Assembly (NCBI GenBank): GCA_963733675.1 | Contig: CAVTET010000004.1 | Span: forward strand, 416,001 to 480,000 | DNA length: 64,000 nt | Source of the DNA: an uncultured Methanosarcinaceae archaeon | Lineage (GTDB): Archaea; Halobacteriota; Methanosarcinia; Methanosarcinales; Methanosarcinaceae | Direction: 5' to 3' | Shown here: piece after piece, positions 47,243 to 58,802 of the stretch | Layout of the letters: every line of letters starts with the position of its first letter | Position numbering within the stretch: position 1 is the first letter of the stretch | Made by a program: the position numbers and the translations under genes | The notes under the pieces: generated by a model | Database searches by the model: none | What the model saw: the letters and a program-made list of their open reading frames with translations, nothing else | What the model was told of the DNA's origin: nothing

Positions 47243-49852
47243 TTACCTTACAATTACAACAATTGCATCATTAATTTCTAGAGTATCAACTTCTCTACCT
47301 TCTGAGATCACTTCCTTTGTTACCATCACGGCTTCAGATTCGATCTCAATTGGTTGCCCATTTACAGTAATCGTTATCTTTCCTAAGGCTTGCTGGGCCT
47401 CAATAGTCGCAAGGTCTACTTTTTTTAGAGCTTTTACAACATTGTTTGCATCATTTCTGAAGCGCGGCCCGATTAAACCCATGTTAATCTTAATACCCAT
47501 GGGCATATATTCAAAGGAAGGAGCACCTACCATCAATTCCACTTCAGAGTTCATAGCGCCTGAAATATCTCCTGTATCGATATCTGCATTATATATCTCG
47601 ATTTTCTTCAGTGGAGCATTAAGGGCCATTCCTATATCTGACTTATACCTGCGAACTTCACTAGTTATTCTCTTAATCAATTCTCCTGCAGCTTCAGCTT
47701 CTTCACTGATGAGACTTTTATCGATAGTTGGCCAGGCCTGTATATGGACGCTTTCATCGCTAAATCTTGAATGCAGCTCTTCTGCAAAGAAAGGTACAAA
47801 AGGCGCAAGCAGGAATGAAAGAGTTTTCATTGTTTGATGGAGAACATATTGACCTGCTCTCCTGCCTTCGACCTTGTCACCATAGAGTCTGCCTTTTACA
47901 AGTTCTAGATAGTTGTCCGCAAGGACTTCCCAAGTAAAGTTCCGAATGGCCTTGAAAGTTGAATCAAAATTGTATCCATCAAGCTCTTTAGTGGTGGTAT
48001 CCACAAGTCGGTTAAGCTTGCTGAGGAGCCATCTGTCAATTGTAAGGAGGGAATCAATTGAGAATTTGTCCGCGTCTTCAGGCCCAAAATCATTTAAATG
48101 GGACATCGAGAAGCGGTAGATACTCCACATCTTCTGGAGAAAGCGAGAAGCTGAAACTACATCTTTCCAGCGGAACATTATATCTGAGCCTGTGGAACCT
48201 CCAACTGCTCCCCACTGCCTAAAGGCATCGGCACTGTATTGTGATATCACTTCTTCGGGGGAAATGATGTTTCCAAGGGACTTGCTCATTTTATGGCCAT
48301 CAGGTCCAAGTACCATACCATTTATCATTATAGAGTCCCAAGGCTTCTTGCCTTCAAGAGCCAGGCTACGCAGTATTGTATAAAAAGCCCAGGTTCTGAT
48401 GATGTCATGTCCTTGTGGGCGGATCTGGGCAGGCAAGCGGAGTTCATACTCGCTTTCCCAGCCAGTGACATGTAATGCAGTAATCGAGGAATCCATCCAG
48501 GTATCAAGGACATCGATCTCGGGTTGAAATTCGGTTGAACCACAAGTACAGGCCTTCTTTGGAGATGCTTCATTTGGATCAATAGGTAGCCAACTCTCTT
48601 CTGCAAGCATGACTTCTCCACAATGCTTACAATACCATATCGGAATTGGAGTTGCAAAAATCCTCTGCCTGGAAATGCACCAGTCCCATTCCATGGTGCC
48701 TATCCAGTTCTGCAGCCTGGTTTTCATATACTCTGGACACCAGTTAATATCTTCTGCAGCTTTCAGAATGCTTTCATGTTTGATCTTCACGAACCATTGG
48801 GGCTCGGAAAGGATTTCTATATGGGTGTCGCAACGCCAGCAGAGTCCAACATTTTGCGTCAGAGATTTCTGGTCATAAAGGAAACTTTCAGCCTTCAGGT
48901 CGGAAATTATAGCTTCTCTGCATGCTGTTGTACTCAAGCCTTCATACTTGCCTGCAGCTTTTGTCATCTTTCCTTGCTTGTCGATAGTTTTTACAAGGGG
49001 TAATCCGTATTTTGCCCGCCAGTGCACATCCTGTTTGTCCCCAAAAGTACAGATCATCACAGCACCTGTACCTAGTTCAGGCTCAACAGCTTCATCAGTA
49101 ATCAAAGTCACTTTCTGCTTAAAAATAGGCACTCTAATTTCCTGGCCGACATATTCCTTGTATCGCTTGTCTTTAGGATTAACTGCAATGGCAACGCAGG
49201 CTGACATCAGTTCTGGCCTTGTAGTTGCAATGTCGACCTTGTCGAAATGGACAAAGTTAAGTTTAGTTTGTCTTGTGTCATACTCTACTTCTGCAAACGC
49301 GATGGCAGTTTCGCAGCGAGGGCACCAGTTAACAGGATGTTCTTCGTGATAGATGTATCCATCATTGTACATTCGGACAAAGGATTTCTGTGTCTTTACA
49401 AAATATGAAGGGTCCATAGTTACGAATTCGTTACTCCAGTCCACAGAAAAACCCAGCCGCAGCATTGTTTTTCGCATCTTGTCAATGTTTTCTGCCGTCA
49501 GTTCCCTACACATTCTCCGAAATTCTGCACGAGAGACCTGGTTTTTAGTTATTCCATTAATTTCTTCAACTTTTACTTCCGTTGGCAGGCCATGACAGTC
49601 CCACCCCTCAGGGAACATTACATTGTATCCCCGCATTCTTTTGTAACGAGCAACAAAGTCGATATAGCACCAATTAAGCGCGTTCCCAATATGGAAATTG
49701 CCTGTAGGATAAGGGGGAGGGGTATCGATAATATATTGGGGACGTGGGTCCTCTCCCCAGTTGAAGTGGTACATGGAAAGATCCCATTTCTCCATCCACT
49801 TTTCCTCAATATCATTTGCATTGTATTCTACTTGAATTTCCGATTCTTTCAT
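47243..49852 (-). CDS. valS: Valine--tRNA ligase
   Basis: [15 protein letters not shown] (HIGH-like), [17 protein letters not shown] and KMSKS. Confidence 0.98.
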   Translation of the reverse strand: MKESEIQVEYNANDIEEKWMEKWDLSMYHFNWGEDPRPQYIIDTPPPYPTGNFHIGNALNWCYIDFVARYKRMRGYNVMFPEGWDCHGLPTEVKVEEINGITKNQVSRAEFRRMCRELTAENIDKMRKTMLRLGFSVDWSNEFVTMDPSYFVKTQKSFVRMYNDGYIYHEEHPVNWCPRCETAIAFAEVEYDTRQTKLNFVHFDKVDIATTRPELMSACVAIAVNPKDKRYKEYVGQEIRVPIFKQKVTLITDEAVEPELGTGAVMICTFGDKQDVHWRAKYGLPLVKTIDKQGKMTKAAGKYEGLSTTACREAIISDLKAESFLYDQKSLTQNVGLCWRCDTHIEILSEPQWFVKIKHESILKAAEDINWCPEYMKTRLQNWIGTMEWDWCISRQRIFATPIPIWYCKHCGEVMLAEESWLPIDPNEASPKKACTCGSTEFQPEIDVLDTWMDSSITALHVTGWESEYELRLPAQIRPQGHDIIRTWAFYTILRSLALEGKKPWDSIMINGMVLGPDGHKMSKSLGNIISPEEVISQYSADAFRQWGAVGGSTGSDIMFRWKDVVSASRFLQKMWSIYRFSMSHLNDFGPEDADKFSIDSLLTIDRWLLSKLNRLVDTTTKELDGYNFDSTFKAIRNFTWEVLADNYLELVKGRLYGDKVEGRRAGQYVLHQTMKTLSFLLAPFVPFFAEELHSRFSDESVHIQAWPTIDKSLISEEAEAAGELIKRITSEVRRYKSDIGMALNAPLKKIEIYNADIDTGDISGAMNSEVELMVGAPSFEYMPMGIKINMGLIGPRFRNDANNVVKALKKVDLATIEAQQALGKITITVNGQPIEIESEAVMVTKEVISEGREVDTLEINDAIVVIVR

Positions 49853-50405
49853 AGAGACACTCCATGATTGGAAAATGGTGTATGAATTTCTGGGGTTCTA
49901 GAGTGCTTGCGATTATTTAAATATATCTGGTCTTGAAATAGTTTGACACCTCGTCAATTCATAAATTATTTCTACAAATCAGAAGAATATCAAAGAAATT
50001 ATTGAAGGTAATGAAATCGTTGGTTATGAAGACGAAAATTGACTCTACTATAAAATAGACACAGGTATTTCACTTCTTGTATCCTCTGAATTATGTAGTA
50101 TCGTTGATATCACGACTTTACCTTATGAAACAAACTATAGTTATCAAAAAAGTTTTAATGTTTTACTTCATGCTGCAACATCTTCGACTAATATTCTGGA
50201 ATCTGCAAAAGAGAGTTTAAGTGCAAAGTCCCACAGAATATTGAAAATTCATTTTTGATTTACACATATGAAGCTTATGAGAAGGAGTCGTGATCTGAAT
50301 TGGAACTTCGATTTTCTTTTTTGAGTAAAGTTTGTTTCCTGTGGAAATGAGTTAAATACTAAAATAGGAATCCTTATAGGATAAAGATCAGAGACTGATA
50401 ACTCC

Positions 50406-52181
50406 ATGGCCAGAGATATAAAAATACTCCACACCGCGGACACGCATCTTGGATATATCCAATATTACAGTGAGGTTCGTAGAAAGGACTTTTTTAAGGC
50501 TTTTGAAATTGTAATAAATGATGCGATTGATATGCAGGTCGATGCTGTAGTGCATGCAGGGGACCTTTTTGATTCGAGGAACCCTACTCTTGAAGACCTC
50601 CTGGAGACTATCAACATCCTGATTAAGTTAAAAGTTGTTGAGATACCTTTTTTTGGAATTGTCGGGAACCATGAGAGCAAGCAAAATAAGCAGTGGCTAG
50701 ACATTTTGGAGAAAATGGAACTTGCTGCAAGACTTAGTAAAAAACCACACCTCTTAAGGGGTATTGCAATATATGGAATCGATAGTGTCCCTAGGTCAAA
50801 GATTCCTTTATTCGACTATTCTGGGTTTGAAGCTCCGGATTCTTCCCTGCCAGAAAACTGCAAGAAATTACTTGTAATGCACCAGATAATGCAGCCTTTT
50901 CCATATGCTGAATGGGACTGTGTTGAAGTGCTTAATAAGCTTCCGTTCAAGATTGATGCAATTCTCCTTGGAGATTATCACAAATATGAAAAAATTAAGG
51001 TTGAAGATACATGGGTCACGTATTCCGGCAGTACAGAAAGAAACAACACTTCTGAAGAAGAGTCCCGTTCTTACAACATCATCACTCTTTCCGATGAAAG
51101 TTTGGAGATTAGTAGGCGCACAATTCCTACCCGCAAATTCCTTTTCATTATAGCAGAGTTGAATGAGGAAGAGAATACTTATGAACAGATCTTTTCTGCA
51201 GTAAATGAACATCTTGAAGAGCTTCCCGAATCAGTAGTGTTCTTGAAAATTTATGGGAATTCGAGGATGCTTCTGTCCATCAGTGAGATTGAAGAATACC
51301 TTCTAAATAAAGGAGCCCTCGTGACAAAGGTCACAGATATGAGGATAAAAAAATCTTTACCCAAAGAGGTTTTGAAAGTCACATTTTCGGATCCTGATCA
51401 GGCAGTTGCAGAGGAGATCAAGAGAATGAGCTTAAATGATGGCGGGTTAATTGTTGATGAAGTTGTCCGAAACCCAAACATCACAAGGTCAAGAGTGGAT
51501 GAAGAAACTGAAATTCGAATTTCAAAGTTGATTGAGGCCATTGATTTCAAAGACCCGGATTTCCGAATAGAAAGTTCTGTCAAATCTGTAAGATTTATTG
51601 AGTCTAAAGAAGCAAAAGAATGTGTATATGATAACAAAGTTAAAATAATTGCGGATCTCAATCCAACTGAGAAGACTGAATTTGGTGTGGCAGTTATTAG
51701 AAATTCTAATACTACTGAAAGCTCTGGAATTACTGAAGAATCTGAAATTTTGAAGCCCTTATACAGGATTAAAAGTTCTGAGATAAAAAGTAGTGAATCA
51801 TCTATATTGAGTTTGGAGAGCTCCGGATCAGCGCCTGAGACTTCATCTGTATCTGAATCTGCACCTGAATCTATATGTGAACCTGCATATAAATTTGCTT
51901 TCCTCCAGGAAAGTTCCGAAATTTTGGCAGAAGGCCATGGAAAAAGGATGGCATTTTGGAAAGACAGTGGAAAAGAGCTTGAAAAAGAGGTTGATATCTT
52001 GCCTGATTCCGAAGTTGAAGTTAGCTTTGGAAAGGATGTAGAAGGCAAAACAGAGGTACTGTCCGAAGTAAAGCCGATCAAAGTTTTGGGTGCAGTCGGA
52101 AAAAAGGCAAATTTGGGGCAGAAAAAGGGAAAAGGAAAACTTTCTGCACCTCGACAGTATAACCTTGGTGATTACTTGTGA
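50406..52181 (+). CDS. mre11: DNA double-strand break repair nuclease Mre11 with a long acidic tail
   Basis: HTADTHLG, AGDLFD, GNHE, MHQ, LGDYH and YSGSTER; overlaps rad50 by GTGA. Confidence 0.93.
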   Translation: MARDIKILHTADTHLGYIQYYSEVRRKDFFKAFEIVINDAIDMQVDAVVHAGDLFDSRNPTLEDLLETINILIKLKVVEIPFFGIVGNHESKQNKQWLDILEKMELAARLSKKPHLLRGIAIYGIDSVPRSKIPLFDYSGFEAPDSSLPENCKKLLVMHQIMQPFPYAEWDCVEVLNKLPFKIDAILLGDYHKYEKIKVEDTWVTYSGSTERNNTSEEESRSYNIITLSDESLEISRRTIPTRKFLFIIAELNEEENTYEQIFSAVNEHLEELPESVVFLKIYGNSRMLLSISEIEEYLLNKGALVTKVTDMRIKKSLPKEVLKVTFSDPDQAVAEEIKRMSLNDGGLIVDEVVRNPNITRSRVDEETEIRISKLIEAIDFKDPDFRIESSVKSVRFIESKEAKECVYDNKVKIIADLNPTEKTEFGVAVIRNSNTTESSGITEESEILKPLYRIKSSEIKSSESSILSLESSGSAPETSSVSESAPESICEPAYKFAFLQESSEILAEGHGKRMAFWKDSGKELEKEVDILPDSEVEVSFGKDVEGKTEVLSEVKPIKVLGAVGKKANLGQKKGKGKLSAPRQYNLGDYL

Positions 52182-55100
52182 AGCTGAGAAATCTTCATGC
52201 TGAAAATATCCGGAGCTACAAAAAGCTGGATTTCACTTTTGAAGATGGAGTGACAGTAATTTCTGGGGTTAATGGAAGTGGAAAATCAAGCTTGCTCGAA
52301 GCCTGCTTCATGGGACTTTTTGGTAGTAAGATTCTTTCAAAGGATTTTGTGCTTGCAGATATAATTTTTAAAGGGGCTGAGGATGCTAAAATTAGTCTGG
52401 GCTTCGAGCACTTAGGGCGTGAGTATCTTATTGATCAGGTTTTCCGATACTCGGTTAAAAGTGAGAATGCCTCAAGTTCAAAATGCATACTGTATGAAGA
52501 TGGGGAAATTATTGTTGATCAGGCCATACGGACTTATGAGAAAGTATGTTCCCTCCTTAATATGGATGAGGAGGCATATAGGAACTGTGCTTACATTCGA
52601 CAGGGGGAGATCGATGTACTTATTAATGCAAAGCCAAAAGATAGGCAGCTCATGATTGATGACCTACTGCAGCTAGGAAAGCTCGAAGAGTACAGGGAAA
52701 GGGCAAATAGTGCAAAAACAGCTGTTAAAAGGCTTGAAAGGGACACTAAAAACAGCCAATTAGGTGTAAAAGCTGAGATTGAAGGGATTGAAAGTACAGG
52801 ACCAGTTGTAGTACTGAACGAGCTTAGGCAGAAGGAGAAGGAAAGCAATATTGCCTTAAAAAGTTTAAATGAGATGAAAGAGGCTGCAACTACCCGTAAA
52901 GAAAAGCACGACCTAATGATTGTGGAGTACACAGAAAACCTACAGGAAATTGAGGTTTTAAAACAGTCTATCTGTGAGTTTCAGGAAAAAAAAGATGTAT
53001 GTTTCCAAGAAAAGGAAACATTTGCAGATGAGGTCCATAAACAAAGGCAGATTTTACTCGAACTGGGAGAGGAAAATAATACCATCAAGATAGAATGTGG
53101 ATTTGAAGACCTTGATATTGAGATTCTTGTTGTGCAACAGGAAAAGGAGGAATTTCTTACCAGGGAAAAGGTAAATGAGATTTTAAAAGAACTTGCTCTT
53201 CACTTCAAAGACGAACATGCCCTCAAACATACCTTGCTAGAGCTTGAAAAAGAAAAGGTTGAGACTGAGGACGTTTATTTGCAATGCAGAAAGGATATTG
53301 AGGCTACAAGCAGAGAAATAGAGGGGAACAGAACAAAAATAAGGAGAACTGAAGAGGAAAATAGGAAGCTTAAAAGAAAGGCAGGTTTTGAAGAAGCTAA
53401 TGAAATTTCTTCAGTAATAAAAGAACTGGAAGAAAAAGAAAGTTTTTTTCGTGACCAGAAAAGTGAGATTTCTGCAAAGCTTACCCTTGCTTTTAAAGAG
53501 AACGAAAGTAGGGACTTAAACCTCCTGGAACTTGAAAAAGAAATGCAAAACTATAGGAGTGTAGTCCAGAAGGGTAAGATAGAAGTTGAAGTTCTTGAAG
53601 AAGAACTCAAGGAGAACTCAAAAGAAGTTATCGAAATTCATGAGCAGAAATCCGAAGTTCTCTTAGAATTGAGCAAACTCAGTTTTACCGGCGAACAGCT
53701 CGAAGATCTGGAAGATTTCAGCGAGCTTCTGCTGGAAAATAAAAATAGACATCATGGACGGGAAAAAGAGCTTGAGGCAACTATCCGAGAGCTTGAAAAA
53801 GTTCTTCGTAAAAATTCGCAGTTGCTTTCCGAAGGAAAGTGTCCTACATGCGGGCAAGAGCTTGAAGAGTCTAGTATTGCCTGTGCGACAGAGGAATCCG
53901 AAAAGAAAAAAGAAAAGATGTCAGTAGAGCTTATGGAGATCAAAGTTCAGCAGGCTGAGATCGAAAAAAAACTGAACCGTCTCAAAGATGCAAAGAAACT
54001 GAAAAAAAGAATTTCAGATTACGATCTGGAAACCGAAAAGCTCATTGTTAAGGGACAGGATCTGGAAGAAAGGATGAAAATCCATAAATCCCGGATCATA
54101 GAAGATTCCCTTAAACTGGATTCTCTTAATACACGAAAACAGGAACTTGAGGCTGAAATTGGAAAATTTTCCCATGATATTAAAGCCCTTAAGTGTCATG
54201 AGGAGGCGTCTCAAAAAGCTCACAATGAAAGTGAGAATGTTCTGAGGGATGCAAAAGCCTTTGAGAAAAAGCTTGTTGAAAATAACGCTGAAATTGAAGT
54301 TCTGAATGGAAAAATCAGGACTTCTTTTGCGCTAATCAAAAATTACGAGCAGAGGCTTCAAGAACTAAATGATAAGTTAAGAGGGCTTTCAGAAAGGGAA
54401 ATCCTTGAAAAGGAAAAGCTCAAATCCCTGGGAGTCTATTTCGAAGATCTGCGGAAGAAAGAAGAAGGGGCAAAAAAAAATCACCAGGAAAGTGAAAAAT
54501 TCCTAACGCGGGTAAAAAAAATTCAAACAAACCTACTCCGTATGGATAAGATAAAGTACAAAATCTCCGAACTTGAGGCTTCGATAAGTAATCTTACCGA
54601 AAAGGTCGGTTTCTTTGACCGAGATATCCTTGAAAGAAGTGAAAAGATAAAACATCTAGATGAAAAACTGGAGAGAAACGGCCTTGAAGATCTTCAGCTA
54701 AAGCGCGCTCAGTTTGAGGAGGCCCAAGCAAATATCACAGAAGAAATCGGGCTAAAGACTGCCACAAAAGACTCAATTTTAAAAGAAATCGGTATGGTCG
54801 AAAATAACTTAAAACGCCTTAATGAACTGAAAAATGAACTAAAAGATATCGAAAATAGGCTTCTGTATCTCAAAGCCATATATAGTAATTCTGAGGAGCT
54901 TGAGAATATCTATATGTTCGTCAGGGCTGATATGAGAGCAAAAAACATCGATACTCTTTCCGTTCTTTTAAACGAGATGTTCAGTTTTATGTATGCAAAT
55001 AATGCTTATTCCCACATAGAATTAGATACTGAATATAATCTTACAATTTATAGAAAAGATGGGACTCCTCTTGAGCCTAAACTTCTCAGTGGCGGTGAAC

Positions 55101-55390
55101 GTGCTATATTTAACCTTGTTCTACGCTGTGCTATTTACCGGCTCCTTTCCCTCGGTTTTGGCGGAGACCAGGCAGATGGTCTACCACCAATGATCCTTGA
55201 TGAACCAACGGTGTTCCTTGATCGTGGGCATATAAGACAGCTTTTACAATTAATAGATATGATGCGCAACATAGGGGTTGGCCAGATAATAGTAGTCTCT
55301 CATGATGAATCCCTTATAGATTCAGCAGATCATATTTTTCAGGTAGAAAAAGACCCTCTTACCAATATGTCCTCTATTATTAGGCTCTGA
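52178..55390 (+). CDS. rad50: DNA double-strand break repair ATPase Rad50
   Basis: Walker A GVNGSGKS, Q-loop RQGE, zinc hook CPTCG, LSGGE, ILDEPT and VSH; long coiled coil. Confidence 0.96.
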   Translation: MKLRNLHAENIRSYKKLDFTFEDGVTVISGVNGSGKSSLLEACFMGLFGSKILSKDFVLADIIFKGAEDAKISLGFEHLGREYLIDQVFRYSVKSENASSSKCILYEDGEIIVDQAIRTYEKVCSLLNMDEEAYRNCAYIRQGEIDVLINAKPKDRQLMIDDLLQLGKLEEYRERANSAKTAVKRLERDTKNSQLGVKAEIEGIESTGPVVVLNELRQKEKESNIALKSLNEMKEAATTRKEKHDLMIVEYTENLQEIEVLKQSICEFQEKKDVCFQEKETFADEVHKQRQILLELGEENNTIKIECGFEDLDIEILVVQQEKEEFLTREKVNEILKELALHFKDEHALKHTLLELEKEKVETEDVYLQCRKDIEATSREIEGNRTKIRRTEEENRKLKRKAGFEEANEISSVIKELEEKESFFRDQKSEISAKLTLAFKENESRDLNLLELEKEMQNYRSVVQKGKIEVEVLEEELKENSKEVIEIHEQKSEVLLELSKLSFTGEQLEDLEDFSELLLENKNRHHGREKELEATIRELEKVLRKNSQLLSEGKCPTCGQELEESSIACATEESEKKKEKMSVELMEIKVQQAEIEKKLNRLKDAKKLKKRISDYDLETEKLIVKGQDLEERMKIHKSRIIEDSLKLDSLNTRKQELEAEIGKFSHDIKALKCHEEASQKAHNESENVLRDAKAFEKKLVENNAEIEVLNGKIRTSFALIKNYEQRLQELNDKLRGLSEREILEKEKLKSLGVYFEDLRKKEEGAKKNHQESEKFLTRVKKIQTNLLRMDKIKYKISELEASISNLTEKVGFFDRDILERSEKIKHLDEKLERNGLEDLQLKRAQFEEAQANITEEIGLKTATKDSILKEIGMVENNLKRLNELKNELKDIENRLLYLKAIYSNSEELENIYMFVRADMRAKNIDTLSVLLNEMFSFMYANNAYSHIELDTEYNLTIYRKDGTPLEPKLLSGGERAIFNLVLRCAIYRLLSLGFGGDQADGLPPMILDEPTVFLDRGHIRQLLQLIDMMRNIGVGQIIVVSHDESLIDSADHIFQVEKDPLTNMSSIIRL

Positions 55391-55457
55391 AAAAGGTAAC
55401 TTACATAAAAGTTCCGAATAAATCTCTCTAGAATGACTTTACTATTTGTAAGCTTGT

Positions 55458-56264
55458 TTACCAGTACACAAGGTAGTTAAACAGCTGATCGACTTCCGTC
55501 TCGAATTCTTCAAAAAAGTTATGATTTTTTACCAGGAAGCTATCTGCAGGAAGATCTTCGAGGTAACCATACCAATAAACAACCATTCCTTTTCCGAAAA
55601 TATTGACGTACTCTCTAAACTGCTTTTTTGAATAATGTTCGTGTTCGAGGTCGTCCCCGAAGAGAGCTTTGCTTTCAATCCAGCTGACCATGAACCGATC
55701 TATGCATATCGGACTTGGTAGGACAAAGTCTGGTGTCTTGCCATCTCCCTGAGAACGAATTTCTTCTTCAGTGAAATAGATAATTCCCCTGTCATCCAGC
55801 CATTTTCTGATGACTGCTTCTCCCATTTCACCCTTTTTACATTGCATCTCGTGAGCGCGAGGGGAAAAGAAATAATCTGCCTCAAGGGCTTTTTTTACCT
55901 CTTTTCTAAGGCGGTGGTTTTTGATGGAATCTATATTCTTGAAAAGCCAGCTGATATTTTTCCTGGGGAGAGCACAATTTTTCATTATTAGAGACGCCAT
56001 AAGGGTTGGAGGGAAATCATTAAATTCCGCAAGTTCAAGAATTGAAAGACCCTGCTTCCATATTAAAAAAAGTTCCTGCTCTCTGGAATAGATCTTTCTG
56101 TGTTTAAATTTTGTCATTTTCACGACTTTTTGATTCAAAATTGTTGCTAGCATGCCTGCAGGCTCTTCAAATTCTTCCGAGAGGCGGAAAACGTCTTTAA
56201 AGTCGTACAGTGAACTATATACGTTCTTGTATTTCTGACGATCCATTTTAAATCCACATATCAT
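55458..56264 (-). CDS. TPD-domain (C15orf41/CDIN1-like) PD-(D/E)XK nuclease-like protein
   Basis: KTPDFVL..PI..VSWIESKALFGD ... Q..Y..FG.G.VVYWYG. Confidence 0.8.
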   Translation of the reverse strand: MICGFKMDRQKYKNVYSSLYDFKDVFRLSEEFEEPAGMLATILNQKVVKMTKFKHRKIYSREQELFLIWKQGLSILELAEFNDFPPTLMASLIMKNCALPRKNISWLFKNIDSIKNHRLRKEVKKALEADYFFSPRAHEMQCKKGEMGEAVIRKWLDDRGIIYFTEEEIRSQGDGKTPDFVLPSPICIDRFMVSWIESKALFGDDLEHEHYSKKQFREYVNIFGKGMVVYWYGYLEDLPADSFLVKNHNFFEEFETEVDQLFNYLVYW

Positions 56265-56395
56265 TTTTTATTTTCTTCTGGAGCATGCAAAATGAAAGCT
56301 AAGCAATCTGAAAAAAGATAAGTACACAATATCAAAAATCTCTCTCAGATGTGTAATTGATCTCAGCGTTATTCTTTTTTGTTCTCATTGATTAC

Positions 56396-56485
56396 AGAGG
56401 ATTTCGATAAATTCTACATTTCATCATATTCTTATGAGTGGTATATAATTATCTCGTGAAAATCAGGGATTTATCGAAATCCTCT
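56396..56485. mobile_element. 90-bp MITE, best-preserved copy
   Basis: Perfect TIRs AGAGGATTTCGATAAAT / ATTTATCGAAATCCTCT. Confidence 0.9.
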
Positions 56486-56746
56486 ATAATATCAAAGCTC
56501 TAAAGGGTTAAGACTTAAAATAGCGGTCTCGTCATGAAATCCAGCAGGTTAGCTGCAGAAATGCCGTTATTGGAGAAAGCAACATTACCTTCAAGAGAAA
56601 GTAATATTTTTTCATGAACTCCGATCCACATCTCTGAATTATCACTTTCTGCCCTGATATGGTGTTAACTCCAAGATTATTTATTATGAATTTCAGGAAA
56701 TTCTATTGCCATGATTTCATCAAGCTTTCTTCTTTTTTCCCGATTT

Positions 56747-57451
56747 TCAAGGCTCTTTTGTATTTTCTTCATTGTTTGAAGGAGAATTCTCCTTTTTTTT
56801 GTATGTATCACTGGATATGAAGATTGTAGTGTCTTTATTTGTTGAAACTACTTTTTCAGGCAAATTTAACTTTTCCAGGACTACTGGCTGAGTTTTAGTA
56901 CATGTACTTTTTTTTCCTTTATATGACTCTATTTTCATTCTGGCTTCAAGTTTGATGGAAGCTTCCCCGGCTCCAATTGCAGTATACATTTCGTTTGGCC
57001 TGAAATTATTGTTTTTCTCATTTTTTGGGCAAGGGGTTATGACAACTGTTCTTTGGGAATTTTGTGGGGTAAACTTTTCTTCGATCCATCCAGCAGGTTT
57101 TTCCATTGATTTTTCTGCAAGCCTAGTAGGAATCCAATCTCCCCTTTCAGATATATTTTTCCTTTTACCAGGTTTTTCCATTGATTTTTCTGTAAGCCTA
57201 GTAGGAATCCAATCTCCCTTTTTATAGACGTCTTTTCTGTTGTATACTGGACGTCCACTTAACTTGCAGAAGGTATCTTCAGCGTAAGAATCTTTGTTTC
57301 GGTCAGCTTTTCCAGACTTAAGTTTACTTGTTGTGCTGTAGCCTATAAGGCATATGGGTTCTTTCATTCTCCACTCAAGGCAGAAAAGGTGGCATTCTCG
57401 CCCTTTACATGTTTGGTTATCACCAAGTGGGCAAATTTCTGGGAGGGTCAT
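56747..57451 (-). CDS. Hypothetical protein with a Cys-rich N-terminus and an internal 25-aa duplication
   Basis: CPL...C...C.L.C.......C motif; GDWIPTRL.EKSMEKP occurs twice. Confidence 0.7.
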   Translation of the reverse strand: MTLPEICPLGDNQTCKGRECHLFCLEWRMKEPICLIGYSTTSKLKSGKADRNKDSYAEDTFCKLSGRPVYNRKDVYKKGDWIPTRLTEKSMEKPGKRKNISERGDWIPTRLAEKSMEKPAGWIEEKFTPQNSQRTVVITPCPKNEKNNNFRPNEMYTAIGAGEASIKLEARMKIESYKGKKSTCTKTQPVVLEKLNLPEKVVSTNKDTTIFISSDTYKKKENSPSNNEENTKEP

Positions 57452-57513
57452 AGTACTAAAGAATAACAGAACATAAAAAATAGTTAACGGTAATACAACT
57501 TAAAATAGTATCC

Positions 57514-58365
57514 TCAGATATTTTTCAGAGCATCTGCAATTAGAGGTGCAACGCTCAGTATGCTCTCAGCTTTTTCGAGGGTATCAGTTGCAATTATATC
57601 TTTTACGCCCGCATTAAAAAGTCTTAAAGCTGCATTTCTTACAAGAACAGGATGCACGCAGGCAATATATACATCCACCGCTCCCTGATCTCTAAGAACT
57701 CTAATAGATTCAGCCATTGTACCACCTGTTGAGATCATATCATCTACAAGGACTACGTGCCTGCCTGTTACATCGACATTTTTTGTATTGATTATAACAG
57801 TGTCTCCGCTAAGTCTTGTTTTATGCAGGTGATCGTAATCGAAACCCTGGTCAGAAGAAACATTCTTAACAAGTCCTTTGGCTCCGGAATCAGGAGCCAC
57901 CAAAATCGGATTTTCCATACCAAAGCCTGCAATATACTTTCCAAGCAGTTTAGCTGCATCAAGGTTTTTGGCAGGACATGGAAAATATCTAAGAACATTC
58001 TTTGCATGGATATTTATTGTAAATATACGATCAGCATTGATGCAGCGGGCAATTGCGCGGGCACTGATTGATTCTCCGGTTTTGAATTTTTTATCCTGTC
58101 TGGCGTATCCCATGTAAGGAATTACAACATTGAGTTCTTTTGCCTCATTACAGGCATTAATAAGTTGGAGCAGGGATACAAAATCTGAATCTGTAGGTGT
58201 GCTCTGGATAATGGTTACATTCTCGTCTTTTATCTCATCTGCGATTCGGAGGTAAAGTTCTCCGTCAGGGAAACGGTTAAACTCACAGAGCACTGGTTCC
58301 GTCCCTAAAGCTTTGGCAGTGCGGCTGGCAAGTAATTGTGATGCTGGTCCACCTACGATCTTCAA
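57514..58365 (-). CDS. prs: Ribose-phosphate pyrophosphokinase
   Basis: FPDGE, PYMGYARQD, APD.GA, VDDMISTGGT and ACVH. Confidence 0.97.
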   Translation of the reverse strand: MKIVGGPASQLLASRTAKALGTEPVLCEFNRFPDGELYLRIADEIKDENVTIIQSTPTDSDFVSLLQLINACNEAKELNVVIPYMGYARQDKKFKTGESISARAIARCINADRIFTINIHAKNVLRYFPCPAKNLDAAKLLGKYIAGFGMENPILVAPDSGAKGLVKNVSSDQGFDYDHLHKTRLSGDTVIINTKNVDVTGRHVVLVDDMISTGGTMAESIRVLRDQGAVDVYIACVHPVLVRNAALRLFNAGVKDIIATDTLEKAESILSVAPLIADALKNI

Positions 58366-58616
58366 AATATATACCTCAATCTCCCGTCTTGATAGATTCC
58401 ATCCTTTAAAAAGCTTATTTTAATTGGCTCATTAATTTGCTAAAATCTTTCCTCCACTTTTCTTCCATTCACTTATCTCATACACTCACTACTATCCTAA
58501 CCCATAACTTTCTTCCCAGCCATTACTCAATGAGAAGTTTAAACGTATCAAATCAGATTTTTTTAATCTATGGCCTTAGGTTTTAGTTTGATAATCCAAA
58601 TTTTGTTCTGTCCCCC

Positions 58617-58802
58617 TTAGTCAATCCTGATTTTTTTTCTTTTTGAATAGTCTTCGAGCACCTTCCCGATTTCTTCTGTAAGCTTTTCTGCTTCATCAAG
58701 GTTGAGCTTTATAATTTCTTCATCTTCTCCGTGAAAAATAGTAATTCGTATCCGATTTCTTTCAATCTTTATATCTATTTTCCTTCCAATTCCCTGTACC
58801 AT
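58617..58802 (-). CDS. Small hypothetical protein
   Basis: RBS GGAGA, 61 aa, co-oriented between nnr and prs. Confidence 0.7.
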   Translation of the reverse strand: MVQGIGRKIDIKIERNRIRITIFHGEDEEIIKLNLDEAEKLTEEIGKVLEDYSKRKKIRID

